This document shows, in pieces, positions 30,551-39,169 of a DNA stretch of 64,000 nucleotides. Position 1 is the first letter of the stretch, and each line of letters starts with the position of its first letter. Location of the stretch: the NCBI GenBank assembly GCA_000438415.1, contig FR902233.1:2366-66365 (forward strand), written 5' to 3'. Source of the DNA: Clostridium sp. CAG:628. Its GTDB lineage: Bacteria > Bacillota_I > Bacilli_A > RF39 > UBA660. Position numbers and translations under genes: made by a program. The notes beneath the pieces were generated by a model. The model saw only the letters and a list, made by a program, of their open reading frames with translations, was not told the DNA's origin and did no database searches.

Positions 30551-30576
30551 ATAAAAGCTCAATTAATGAGCTTTAA
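30551..30576 (-). terminator. attenuator-like hairpin between precursor peptide ORF and E1-like gene
   Basis: In minus orientation, AAAGCTCA-TTAAT-TGAGCTTT followed by a T-rich tract, immediately after the peptide stop codon. Confidence 0.4.
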
Positions 30577-30642
30577 TTAACAGTGTTGGTCTACATGACA
30601 AGAAAATTTTGCAACTGTTACTTTTTTTACGTTAATTTTCAT
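30577..30642 (-). CDS. candidate RiPP precursor peptide, 21 aa (MKINVKKVTVAKFSCHVDQHC)
   Basis: ATG at 30642 with a GGAGG RBS (8-nt spacer) and a TAA stop at 30577-30579. It sits directly upstream of the RRE-E1 gene with a hairpin between them. It is below the ORF-track size cut-off. Confidence 0.4.
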   Translation of the reverse strand: MKINVKKVTVAKFSCHVDQHC

Positions 30643-30683
30643 ATAATCTACCTCCTACCAACTGAAGTCAAATCACTTCTTGA

Positions 30684-30747
30684 AAAATATTATAGCACAC
30701 ATAACTTACTATGTAAATAGTAAGTTATTCATAGTTAGTAAGTTACG
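30684..30747 (-). promoter_or_regulatory. promoter (TTACAT-16-TGcTATAAT) overlapped by three AACTTACTA half-sites (perfect 10-4-10 palindrome 30703-30726 plus direct repeat 30736-30745)
   Basis: AACTTACTAT-GTAA-ATAGTAAGTT is centred on the -35, and TAGTAAGTTA recurs 19 bp away. The -10 shares the GTGTGCTATAAT core with the two downstream palindromic promoters. Confidence 0.4.
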
Positions 30748-30774
30748 ACAAAGAGCAAAGAAAAAACTAGTATA

Positions 30775-31854
30775 CTACTTAGTACCTAGTTTGATCTTTA
30801 AAGTCTCATTTTTACCATTTCTAATAACAGTCATTTCTATAGTTTCATCTATTTCATAACTATAAAGTCTATATCTAAATTCAGCTATATCTTTAACAGT
30901 ATCATTACCAACTTTAATAATAACATCTTCACTCTTTAATCCAGCCTTAGCCGCAGGACTATTTTTTTCAACATCAACCACTACTACACCACTATCAATA
31001 TCTTTATCAAGTCTAATACCTGCATAAGCAAGTTGCATTGTACTAGTTGCGTTTAACATACTTACACCTATATAAGGTCTACTAATTTTACCATTTTCTC
31101 TTATATTTTTTGCATAAGTTACTGCATCTTCAATAGGAATAGCAAAACCAATACCTTCAATAGTACTCTCTACTATCTTCATACTATTAATACCTATTAC
31201 TTCTCCATTAGCATTACATAATGGTCCACCACTATTACCAGGATTAATCGCAGCATCAGTTTGCATAACATTCATAATCCAGTCAGCACTAGAACCATTT
31301 ATACTTACACTAACGAGTCTATCTTTACCACTTAAAATACCTCTAGTAACAGTACCCTTAAAATTTATTCCCATAGGACTTCCCATAGTAAACACAGTAT
31401 CTCCTACTTTAGCATCTTCACTCTTTCCTAAAGATGCTACACTCTTAATAGTACCCTTATCAACCTTTAAAACAGCAATATCAGCATATTCGTCACTACC
31501 AACTATTTTAGCAGTAGTTTCACTATCATCATTATAGGTTATCTTAATAGTTTCCCCACTTTCAATAACATGATGATTAGTCATAATATATCCATTATCA
31601 TCATCAGTATCATAAACAAACCCAGTACCAGTTCCTATAAGTTCTCCCTTACTATATGTTTGTATTACAACTACAGAACCCTCAATCTTATTAACAGCCT
31701 CACTTATACCATTATCTGTAATAGTAACATTCTTCTCTTGTATAGTTTTAACAACATTACTATTAGGAAAATATTTAACAACTCCTACAATAACAAGTGC
31801 ACCAACTAAAATCCCAATTAACAAAGTAATTAAATAACTAATTTTTTGTCTCAT
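30775..31854 (-). CDS. htrA: HtrA/DegP-family serine protease with PDZ domain, membrane-anchored
   Basis: N-terminal TM helix, a trypsin-like catalytic triad context (HH..D..GNSGGPL) and a C-terminal PDZ-like region. Confidence 0.85.
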   Translation of the reverse strand: MRQKISYLITLLIGILVGALVIVGVVKYFPNSNVVKTIQEKNVTITDNGISEAVNKIEGSVVVIQTYSKGELIGTGTGFVYDTDDDNGYIMTNHHVIESGETIKITYNDDSETTAKIVGSDEYADIAVLKVDKGTIKSVASLGKSEDAKVGDTVFTMGSPMGINFKGTVTRGILSGKDRLVSVSINGSSADWIMNVMQTDAAINPGNSGGPLCNANGEVIGINSMKIVESTIEGIGFAIPIEDAVTYAKNIRENGKISRPYIGVSMLNATSTMQLAYAGIRLDKDIDSGVVVVDVEKNSPAAKAGLKSEDVIIKVGNDTVKDIAEFRYRLYSYEIDETIEMTVIRNGKNETLKIKLGTK

Positions 31855-31866
31855 AAATAATACCTC

Positions 31867-32799
31867 CTATTCAATATACATTATATCTTTATAATTTTTA
31901 GGAAATCCCATTTTCTCTATTACACTACCTATATTAATACTTTTTAATTTACCATTTAATGTATCTAATTCATAATTTATTTCATTCATCATCATCTTAA
32001 AATCAACTTTAGTAAGTAATCTCTTTAAAATAATAATTAGTGCAAAAATATCATTTTTACCATAAATATACCCATCTTCATCCTTATCTATGTTTAGTAT
32101 ATTATGATACTTAGTATCGTTAATAACTCTCTGAGTAAAATGATCAAACACTATATCCTCATGCGCACATAAATTTCTATAATTAGAAAGTATTGATAAA
32201 TACACTTCAAAATCTTCTGGTTCTATATCATATATTTTAGCTATTTCTTCTCTATCTTTATCTTTTAAAATACTAAACATTTCACTCATTAAACCAAAAC
32301 TAATGACTTTAACACCTATCCATAAAGGAATATATCCGTAGTTATCCATATAATGACTAGTCGCTCCATGTTGTCTTCCATTAATTCTAAGTTGTCTTTT
32401 TATCTTTCTAATTAAATCACTTATTTGTCTACTCTTTTCTCTATCGTTATCAAAGTTTTTAGCATTCAAATAATTTTTCTCTTTAAATCCATAATTCTTA
32501 CTCATAACATAACTAAATATAGACTTATAGTTATTTTCAACAATTAATATATTCTTAAAAATAATATTTCTAAACATTCTATCAAAAACAAATAAACTAT
32601 AAATCTCTTCAAAAGTAGTACCACTTACAAACTTTCTAGAACCATCATGTTTCAAGAAAACATGCCTATACCCCATTATAAAGAAATAATTTTCTCTTAA
32701 AAGAACTTCCTTAGTATAATCTTCATCTCTAATAACAAGTCCCTTATCTTTTAATATTTCAATTTGTTCATCTAATGTTTTAAATACTTTAGCTGTCAA
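31867..32799 (-). CDS. Abi_2 family abortive-infection protein (AbiD/AbiF-like)
   Basis: The N-terminus FKTLDEQIEILKDKGLVIRDEDYTKEVLLRENYF matches the characteristic Abi_2 (AbiD/F) start, and the protein is about 310 aa. Confidence 0.6.
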   Translation of the reverse strand: MTAKVFKTLDEQIEILKDKGLVIRDEDYTKEVLLRENYFFIMGYRHVFLKHDGSRKFVSGTTFEEIYSLFVFDRMFRNIIFKNILIVENNYKSIFSYVMSKNYGFKEKNYLNAKNFDNDREKSRQISDLIRKIKRQLRINGRQHGATSHYMDNYGYIPLWIGVKVISFGLMSEMFSILKDKDREEIAKIYDIEPEDFEVYLSILSNYRNLCAHEDIVFDHFTQRVINDTKYHNILNIDKDEDGYIYGKNDIFALIIILKRLLTKVDFKMMMNEINYELDTLNGKLKSINIGSVIEKMGFPKNYKDIMYIE

Positions 32800-32868
32800 T
32801 CCTCATCACCTAGAATAATTTTATCACAAAGAATAAACTATTACCACTTTTTTCACAAACTTTTCGTT

Positions 32869-33075
32869 TTAGTTTACTTTTTTTATTGGAGGTTTAATAG
32901 GCATTATTAAAGCAGCAATAATATATAATAAAAGTCCACTACCATAAACTAAAGAAATAAATACCCAAATAAGTCTCACAATAGTAACATCTATTTCAAA
33001 ATACTCACTTAATCCCATACATACTCCACAAAGTATTTTTCCTTCATTAACTCTATATAATCTCTTTTCTTTCAT
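32869..33075 (-). CDS. PspC-domain membrane protein
   Basis: LYRVNEGKILCGVCMGLSEYFEIDVTIVRLIWV PspC motif followed by one TM helix. Confidence 0.6.
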   Translation of the reverse strand: MKEKRLYRVNEGKILCGVCMGLSEYFEIDVTIVRLIWVFISLVYGSGLLLYIIAALIMPIKPPIKKVN

Positions 33076-33459
33076 ACTTCCTCCTTAAACACAAATTAAT
33101 AATTTTATATATATTTAATTAAAACACTATTTACTATAATAAATTATTTAAATATTTATAACATTATCACTACAATACTCCCTTACTAACATTAATTTTA
33201 ACACATTTAACTTATAAAAGATAGTTAACAATTCATTTTTACTAAAATTAACATCTACATATAATTACTCCTTAAATAATAAAATATTTTTCATACATAT
33301 CTAAGTCTTCCTTTAAAACATTTTTAAGTTCATAATCAAAGAACCTTAAACATTACTATATTTTTCAATAAATAATACTAAATCTTTATATTAATAGTTT
33401 TTTATATTTAAATACACATAAAAAGGAAGTAGAACAAATTCTCTTCCTTAAATAAATTA

Positions 33460-33858
33460 TTATCTCTTACTAAATTGTGGAGCACGTCTAGCTTTCTTAA
33501 GACCATATTTCTTACGTTCTTTAATTCTAGCATCTCTAGTAACCATACCAGCACCTTTTAAAGTAGGTCTATAACCTTCACTATCAACTTCAAGTAAAGC
33601 TCTAGCAATACCTAATCTAATAGCACCAGTTTGTCCATTAAAGCCGCCACCTTTAACAGTAACTTCAATATCATATTGACCATCAGTTCCTGTAAGTACA
33701 AGTGGTTGTTTTAAATCCATTACTAAAGTATCATAAGGCATATATTCATTAACATCAACACCATTAACAATAATACTACCTTTACCACTAGTCATTCTAA
33801 CTTGAGCTACACTTCTTTTTCTTCTTCCTGTAGCTGTATAAACTTTCTTATCTGCCAT
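33460..33858 (-). CDS. rpsI: 30S ribosomal protein S9
   Basis: [19 protein letters not shown] and a C-terminal [12 protein letters not shown]. Confidence 0.9.
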   Translation of the reverse strand: MADKKVYTATGRRKRSVAQVRMTSGKGSIIVNGVDVNEYMPYDTLVMDLKQPLVLTGTDGQYDIEVTVKGGGFNGQTGAIRLGIARALLEVDSEGYRPTLKGAGMVTRDARIKERKKYGLKKARRAPQFSKR

Positions 33859-33866
33859 AATTCCTC

Positions 33867-34295
33867 CTATAAATTAATCTTTTCAGGCTTTTGAGCTTCA
33901 TGATTATGATTCATTCCTTCATAAACAAATAACTTTTTATACATTTGTCTACCAAGTCTATTCTTAGGAAGCATTCCTTTAACAGCTCTTTCAACCATTT
34001 CTACTGGATATTTTTCTTTCATAACCTTAGCAGTTCTCTCTCTTAAACCACCTGGAAATCCACTATGATTATAATATACTTTCTTATCTAATTTGTCGCC
34101 AGTTAAATTAACTTTACTAGCATTTACTATAATAACTGCATCCCCACAATTAACATGAGGTGTAAAAGTTACTTTATGTTTACCACGTAAGATATGAGCA
34201 GCCTTAGCAGCTACTTTACCTAAAGTTTCTCCTTCAGCATCAATCAAATACCATTTAGTAGAAACATCTTCTTTTCTTAACATAAATGTTTTCAT
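33867..34295 (-). CDS. rplM: 50S ribosomal protein L13
   Basis: L13-family sequence. The start is placed at the MKTF ATG (34295) with a GGAGATAAAAAT RBS. The ORF-track N-terminal extension lacks an RBS. Confidence 0.9.
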   Translation of the reverse strand: MKTFMLRKEDVSTKWYLIDAEGETLGKVAAKAAHILRGKHKVTFTPHVNCGDAVIIVNASKVNLTGDKLDKKVYYNHSGFPGGLRERTAKVMKEKYPVEMVERAVKGMLPKNRLGRQMYKKLFVYEGMNHNHEAQKPEKINL

Positions 34296-34573
34296 ATTTT
34301 TATCTCCTTCTAAATTTCTATCCTTATATATAAGACTTCCCACATCCACATACAAAGATAATTTATAAAAATGTACCAATAATAATTATACAATAACAAT
34401 ATCAAAAAAATCAAGCATAAAATCGCGTTTTTTAAAGATATTTGAACTAAAAACAAGTTTTTTAGCATAAAATATCATAAAACAACATTAAAAAAGCATT
34501 TATTATTGACAAACAAAAAATATAATATTAAAATTAAAATAGGTAAAAAGAATAAAAAATGGAGGAACAATAT

Positions 34574-35668
34574 ATGAAAAAAAATAAAACAGGAACTTTA
34601 TATTTATTATTATTTTTAATAATAATTGCCCTTGCAGGAGGAATAATTGGATTAATAGCTAACTTAAATATGAAGCCATCAAATCCTAGCGATACTAAGG
34701 ATGATGGAAAATTCAAGGTAACTTATAAATATTATGTTGATAATACAGAAACAAGTAATATAGTTAAACAAGAAAAAATAAAAATAGCTAATGAGGAATT
34801 TGAAGGTGTAATAGATGAAAAAGAAATGTACACTTTTGAAAAATATGAATGTTCTAATGAAGTAAAAGGTAGTTGGGATAATAAAAAATGGAAATTTACT
34901 CCTGACTTAACTGCTGATTCAACATGTAAATTATATTTTCTAAAAAACTTTCATGAAGTACAAATAACTACTTCTAATGCTTTGCTACCTAATAATACAA
35001 ATACACAAAAAGTGTTAGTTGAAAGAAATAATACAAAAACTTTAAATTTACTTCCAACAGAAGGTTATAAATTTGGAGAAGTAAAATGTACTGAAGGCGC
35101 TAAAGCTTCATACGACGAAACAACAAAAGATTTAGTAATTGGGAATGTTAACAAAGACACAAAATGTGATGTATCATTTATAATAAATGGATTTACTGTA
35201 GAAGTAGAAGCATCAAATGCAGAAATAAAAGAAACTAAAAAAACTGCAAACTATGGAGACACAGTAACATTTGAAATAACACCAAAAGAAAATTATGCAT
35301 TTGAAAGTGTAACATGCACTAATGAACAAAAAGCAGAATTTAATGGTAACACTTTAACAATAAAAGGACTAACAAACGATTCAAAATGTACAGTTAATTT
35401 TAAATTCACTATCGTCAAATACACAGTAAGTTTAACAGTAGAAAATGGAACACTTCTAGAAAGTTCAAAATCTCCACAAACTACTAATAACAATATGGAA
35501 GTATCGTTTGCAATTAGTAAAAATGATGGTTACTTATTTACAGGAGCAGTATTAGACTGTGGAGCTGATAAAGTAGAAAGTGAACTAACTAGTAACGTTT
35601 TAAAAATTAAAAATGTTAATAAAAACTTAACTTGTAAATACATATTAAAAGAAGATAAAGCAAATTAA
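34574..35668 (+). CDS. membrane-anchored surface protein with four ~75-aa Cys-terminated repeat domains
   Basis: N-terminal TM helix. Repeated modules each end in a conserved D/NxxC(K/T)(L/V)xF (DSTCKLYF, DTKCDVSF, DSKCTVNF, NLTCKYIL). The ATG at 34574 has a GGAGGA RBS. Confidence 0.35.
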   Translation: MKKNKTGTLYLLLFLIIIALAGGIIGLIANLNMKPSNPSDTKDDGKFKVTYKYYVDNTETSNIVKQEKIKIANEEFEGVIDEKEMYTFEKYECSNEVKGSWDNKKWKFTPDLTADSTCKLYFLKNFHEVQITTSNALLPNNTNTQKVLVERNNTKTLNLLPTEGYKFGEVKCTEGAKASYDETTKDLVIGNVNKDTKCDVSFIINGFTVEVEASNAEIKETKKTANYGDTVTFEITPKENYAFESVTCTNEQKAEFNGNTLTIKGLTNDSKCTVNFKFTIVKYTVSLTVENGTLLESSKSPQTTNNNMEVSFAISKNDGYLFTGAVLDCGADKVESELTSNVLKIKNVNKNLTCKYILKEDKAN

Positions 35669-35730
35669 TGAAAGACTTGTTCTTTCATTTTTTAATAGAC
35701 AAAACAAATAGTATTTGATAAAATTAAACC

Positions 35731-36714
35731 ATGACATGGAATATTAAAAATGTAAAAATTAGTAATAGAATTGTATTTGCACCTATGGCAGGAGTGTCTA
35801 ATATAAGTTATAGACAAATCATAAAAGAGATGGGTGCTGGTTTAATATACTCTGAAATGATAAGCACTCTGGGTATTAAGTATAACGGAAAGAAAACAAT
35901 TGACTTAATTAACTTTGAAGAAACCGAACGTCCTATTAGCATTCAAATATTTGGAAGTGATATTACTTCTTTCGTAAGTGCAGCAAAATATATTGAAGAA
36001 AACTTTCACCCTGACATAATAGACATAAACATGGGCTGCCCTGTTCCTAAAGTAGCAATAAAAAGTCAAGCAGGAAGTGCTCTACTAAAAGACCCAGATA
36101 AAATATATGAAATAGTATCAAATGTTGTAAAAAACACTAACACTCCTATCACAGTAAAAATAAGAAGTGGTTGGGATAGTGATCACATTAATGCAGTAGA
36201 AGTAGCAAAAAAAATAGAACAAGCTGGTGCTTCAGCAATTGCTATTCATGCAAGAACTAGAAGTCAAGGATACTCAGGGAAAGCTGACTGGAACATCATA
36301 AAACAAGTTAAAGAAAGTGTAAATATTCCAGTAATTGGTAATGGTGATGTATCTACAATTTATGATGCTAAGAGAATGATAGAAGAAACAAAATGTGATG
36401 CAGTAATGATAGGTCGTGCCACTCTTGGTAATCCTTGGTTTATCAAAGAATGCATAGAATATGTAGAAAATAATCGCGTCATCGATAAGCCAACTGACTT
36501 AGAAAAAATAAACATGATAATAAAGCACTATAACTTACTAAAAAAGTACACCAATACAAAAACAGCCCTTCTAGAAATTAGAACACATGCCCTATGGTAC
36601 CTAAAAGGAATACCTGGTACTAAAGAAATTAAAACTAAAATATGTCAAGCTAAAACAGAAGAAGAATTTTTAACTATAATAAATGAACTAAAAAATACTA
36701 TAAACAAGCAATAA
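35731..36714 (+). CDS. dusB: tRNA-dihydrouridine synthase
   Basis: Dus TIM-barrel motifs (APMAGVSN, DINMGCP, catalytic Cys and Lys context). Confidence 0.85.
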   Translation: MTWNIKNVKISNRIVFAPMAGVSNISYRQIIKEMGAGLIYSEMISTLGIKYNGKKTIDLINFEETERPISIQIFGSDITSFVSAAKYIEENFHPDIIDINMGCPVPKVAIKSQAGSALLKDPDKIYEIVSNVVKNTNTPITVKIRSGWDSDHINAVEVAKKIEQAGASAIAIHARTRSQGYSGKADWNIIKQVKESVNIPVIGNGDVSTIYDAKRMIEETKCDAVMIGRATLGNPWFIKECIEYVENNRVIDKPTDLEKINMIIKHYNLLKKYTNTKTALLEIRTHALWYLKGIPGTKEIKTKICQAKTEEEFLTIINELKNTINKQ

Positions 36715-36863
36715 TAAAAAGTATATTATAACCAATATACTCTTTTTATTTACCTTAACCTCTTTCACTAAAAAGTATTATACTAAATTATAATGCACAA
36801 TCATACCATTCCGTTTTTTACATATTCGTCCTTTTTCCAATGTGAACTTTTAACAACTTACTG

Positions 36864-36892
36864 TTGACAAATGGTAATTAATATAGTACAAT
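36864..36892 (+). promoter_or_regulatory. consensus sigma-A promoter (TTGACA-17-TACAAT) driving lysS leader
   Basis: Perfect -35, a 17-nt spacer and a near-perfect -10, about 240 nt upstream of the lysS ATG. Confidence 0.6.
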
Positions 36893-36898
36893 AACCAC

Positions 36899-37110
36899 GT
36901 AAATCAATGAAGAAGACGAGTAGCATTACATACTGTTTATAGAAAGCTAGGATGATGGAAACTAGTAACAAGCTTAATGTGAATAAAAACTTCCAAGTGG
37001 CTAACAAGCCCGGATAAATTCCGTTATAAATAAGAGATAATCAGTTAATGATTAAGAAGGGTGGAACCGCAGGTATCTTACTATGCCCCTTTAGTCATTA
37101 ACTTTTTTAT
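36899..37110 (+). ncRNA. T-box riboswitch leader of lysS (putative Lys specifier)
   Basis: The T-box sequence AAGAAGGGTGGAACCGCAGG lies at 37054-37073. A terminator helix AGTTAATGATT...AGTCATTAACT with a TTTTTT run ends about 25 nt before the lysS RBS. Confidence 0.55.
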
Positions 37111-37132
37111 TTAAAAGAAGGAGGAAAAAATA

Positions 37133-38626
37133 ATGGAAAGAAATTTTACAGAACAAGAATTAGTAAGAAGGGAAAAAGCAGAAAAATTAAGAAGTCTTGG
37201 TCTTGACCCATTTGGTGATAGATACGATAGAGACTCACTTGCAAACGACATCAAAGAAAAATATAAAGACTTAACTCATGAAGAATTAGAAAGTATGGAT
37301 GAGCATGCTAAAGTAGCAGGAAGAATTATGTTCATAAGAAAAATGGGTAAAGCATCATTCTTTTCAATTCAAGACAAATCAGGCAAAATTCAAATTTATA
37401 TCTCAATAAATGATATTGGAGAAGAAGATTACACTTTATTTAAAACTGCAGACATCGGAGATATTGTCGGTGTCGAAGGTAAAATAATGAAAACTATGAC
37501 TGGAGAAGTAACAATAAAATGTTTAAAATATACTCACTTAGTAAAAGCATTGAAACCACTTCCAGAAAAATTCCATGGTTTACAAGATAAAGAAGAAAGA
37601 TATAGAAGAAGATATGTTGATTTAATAATGAATGAAGAATCAAAAAGAACAGCATTCTTAAGACCAAAAATTATTAGATGTATTCAAAACTTTATGGATA
37701 ATCGTGGATTTACTGAAGTAGAAACTCCTATTCTAAACACATTATTAACTGGAGCTTCAGCTAGACCTTTCATAACTCACCATAACACTCAAGACCTAGA
37801 TATGTATTTAAGAATTGCCCTAGAACTACCTCTAAAAAGACTATTAGTTGGTGGAATGGAAGCAGTTTATGAAATTGGTAGAACATTCAGAAATGAAGGA
37901 ATGGACGCAATGCATAACCCTGAATTCACTCTAATGGAAGCATATTTAGCTTACTCAAACTTAGATGGAATGATGGAAATGACAGAAAGCATGTTCAAAA
38001 CAATTGCTAAAGAAATCTTTAACAAAGATACATTCATATGGAATGGTAACGAAATAAATATAGGTGGAGAATGGAAAAAAATAAGTATGACTGATGCAAT
38101 AAAAGAAAAAACAGGTATAGATTTTAGAAATATTACTCTAGAAGAAGCATTGAAGTTAGCAACTGAACATGGAATTGAATTAGCAGAACACGAAAAAGCA
38201 CTAGGTCACATTATCAACTTATTCTTTGAAAAATACGTTGAAGAAACACTTATTCAACCAACATTCCTATATGGTCATCCAGTCGAAATTTCACCACTAA
38301 CAAAAAGAAATCCTATTGATCCAAGATTTGTTGACCGTTTTGAATTATTTATAGGTGGAAAAGAATTTGCTAATGCTTACACTGAACTAAATGATCCAAT
38401 TGACCAATTAAAAAGATTTGAAGACCAATTAAAAGAAAGAGAATTAGGTAACGATGAAGCAAACGATATCGATATGGACTTTGTTGAAGCACTAGAATAT
38501 GGTATGCCACCAGCTGGAGGAATTGGATACGGAATTGATAGACTAGTTATGTTCTTCACAGAAAATGAATCAATTAGAGACGTAATCTTATTTCCTTTAA
38601 TGAAACCCGAAACAAAAGAGAAGTAA
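37133..38626 (+). CDS. lysS: lysyl-tRNA synthetase (class II)
   Basis: Class II aaRS motifs 1-3 (FTEVETPIL; FRNEGMDAMHNPEFT; GGIGYGIDRLVM), an N-terminal OB anticodon-binding domain, and 497 aa. Confidence 0.95.
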   Translation: MERNFTEQELVRREKAEKLRSLGLDPFGDRYDRDSLANDIKEKYKDLTHEELESMDEHAKVAGRIMFIRKMGKASFFSIQDKSGKIQIYISINDIGEEDYTLFKTADIGDIVGVEGKIMKTMTGEVTIKCLKYTHLVKALKPLPEKFHGLQDKEERYRRRYVDLIMNEESKRTAFLRPKIIRCIQNFMDNRGFTEVETPILNTLLTGASARPFITHHNTQDLDMYLRIALELPLKRLLVGGMEAVYEIGRTFRNEGMDAMHNPEFTLMEAYLAYSNLDGMMEMTESMFKTIAKEIFNKDTFIWNGNEINIGGEWKKISMTDAIKEKTGIDFRNITLEEALKLATEHGIELAEHEKALGHIINLFFEKYVEETLIQPTFLYGHPVEISPLTKRNPIDPRFVDRFELFIGGKEFANAYTELNDPIDQLKRFEDQLKERELGNDEANDIDMDFVEALEYGMPPAGGIGYGIDRLVMFFTENESIRDVILFPLMKPETKEK

Positions 38627-38645
38627 TCAATACTTCTCTTTTTAC
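38617..38645 (+). terminator. rho-independent terminator of lysS
   Basis: AGAGAAGTA-ATCAA-TACTTCTCT followed by TTTTT, overlapping the stop codon. Confidence 0.6.
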
Positions 38646-39169
38646 ATTCAGTTATTTAATCGTTATTCAAGTTTAAACTTAATTTTAATCATCATAATCA
38701 CTTAAAATCATAATATATATTTATCAAAAACTACTTAATATTTTTCTAATTTATAACAAACTTAATTGGATTATCTACTATTTGATTATTGCTTAAATTA
38801 ATATTAATACCAGAATTAGTATTAGTATTTTTTTTCTACCTTCTTATTAACTACAACATCATTTTCATTTTCAAAAATTTCTACTTCATCATATTAAAAT
38901 CATAATAACACATAATCAGTTCTAAAGTGAGATATTTTTTCAAAAAAAGCACTTCTCATAAAGCTAGTCAAAAAAGATTTTATTTGTACAAATAAGAAAA
39001 AAGCAACAATTAAAGTAATTTACAAATTAAAAAATATATATAAAATTATTTGATGCAAAACATATAATTTTTTCCTTAAATAAAAATTATAACATTTTAA
39101 ATGAAATTTTTGATATTTACTTGTAAAACTTTACATTTATATTGTATAATTAAATGGGAGGTAAAGAAA

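Noticed and set aside
30577-30642. Canonical microcin C (MccA-MccB) system
   Set aside because: MccB chemistry needs a C-terminal Asn. The peptide here ends in Cys, and no MccC/D/E/F homologues are present. It is therefore treated as a distinct MccB/PaaA-like system rather than microcin C.
34296-34379. N-terminal 28-aa extension of rplM and similar ORF-track extensions (rbr 5876-5926, DagK-like 22521-22535, DUF3800 43748-43798, transporter 39101-39169)
   Set aside because: Internal ATGs with proper Shine-Dalgarno sequences give proteins of canonical length. The extensions lack RBSs.
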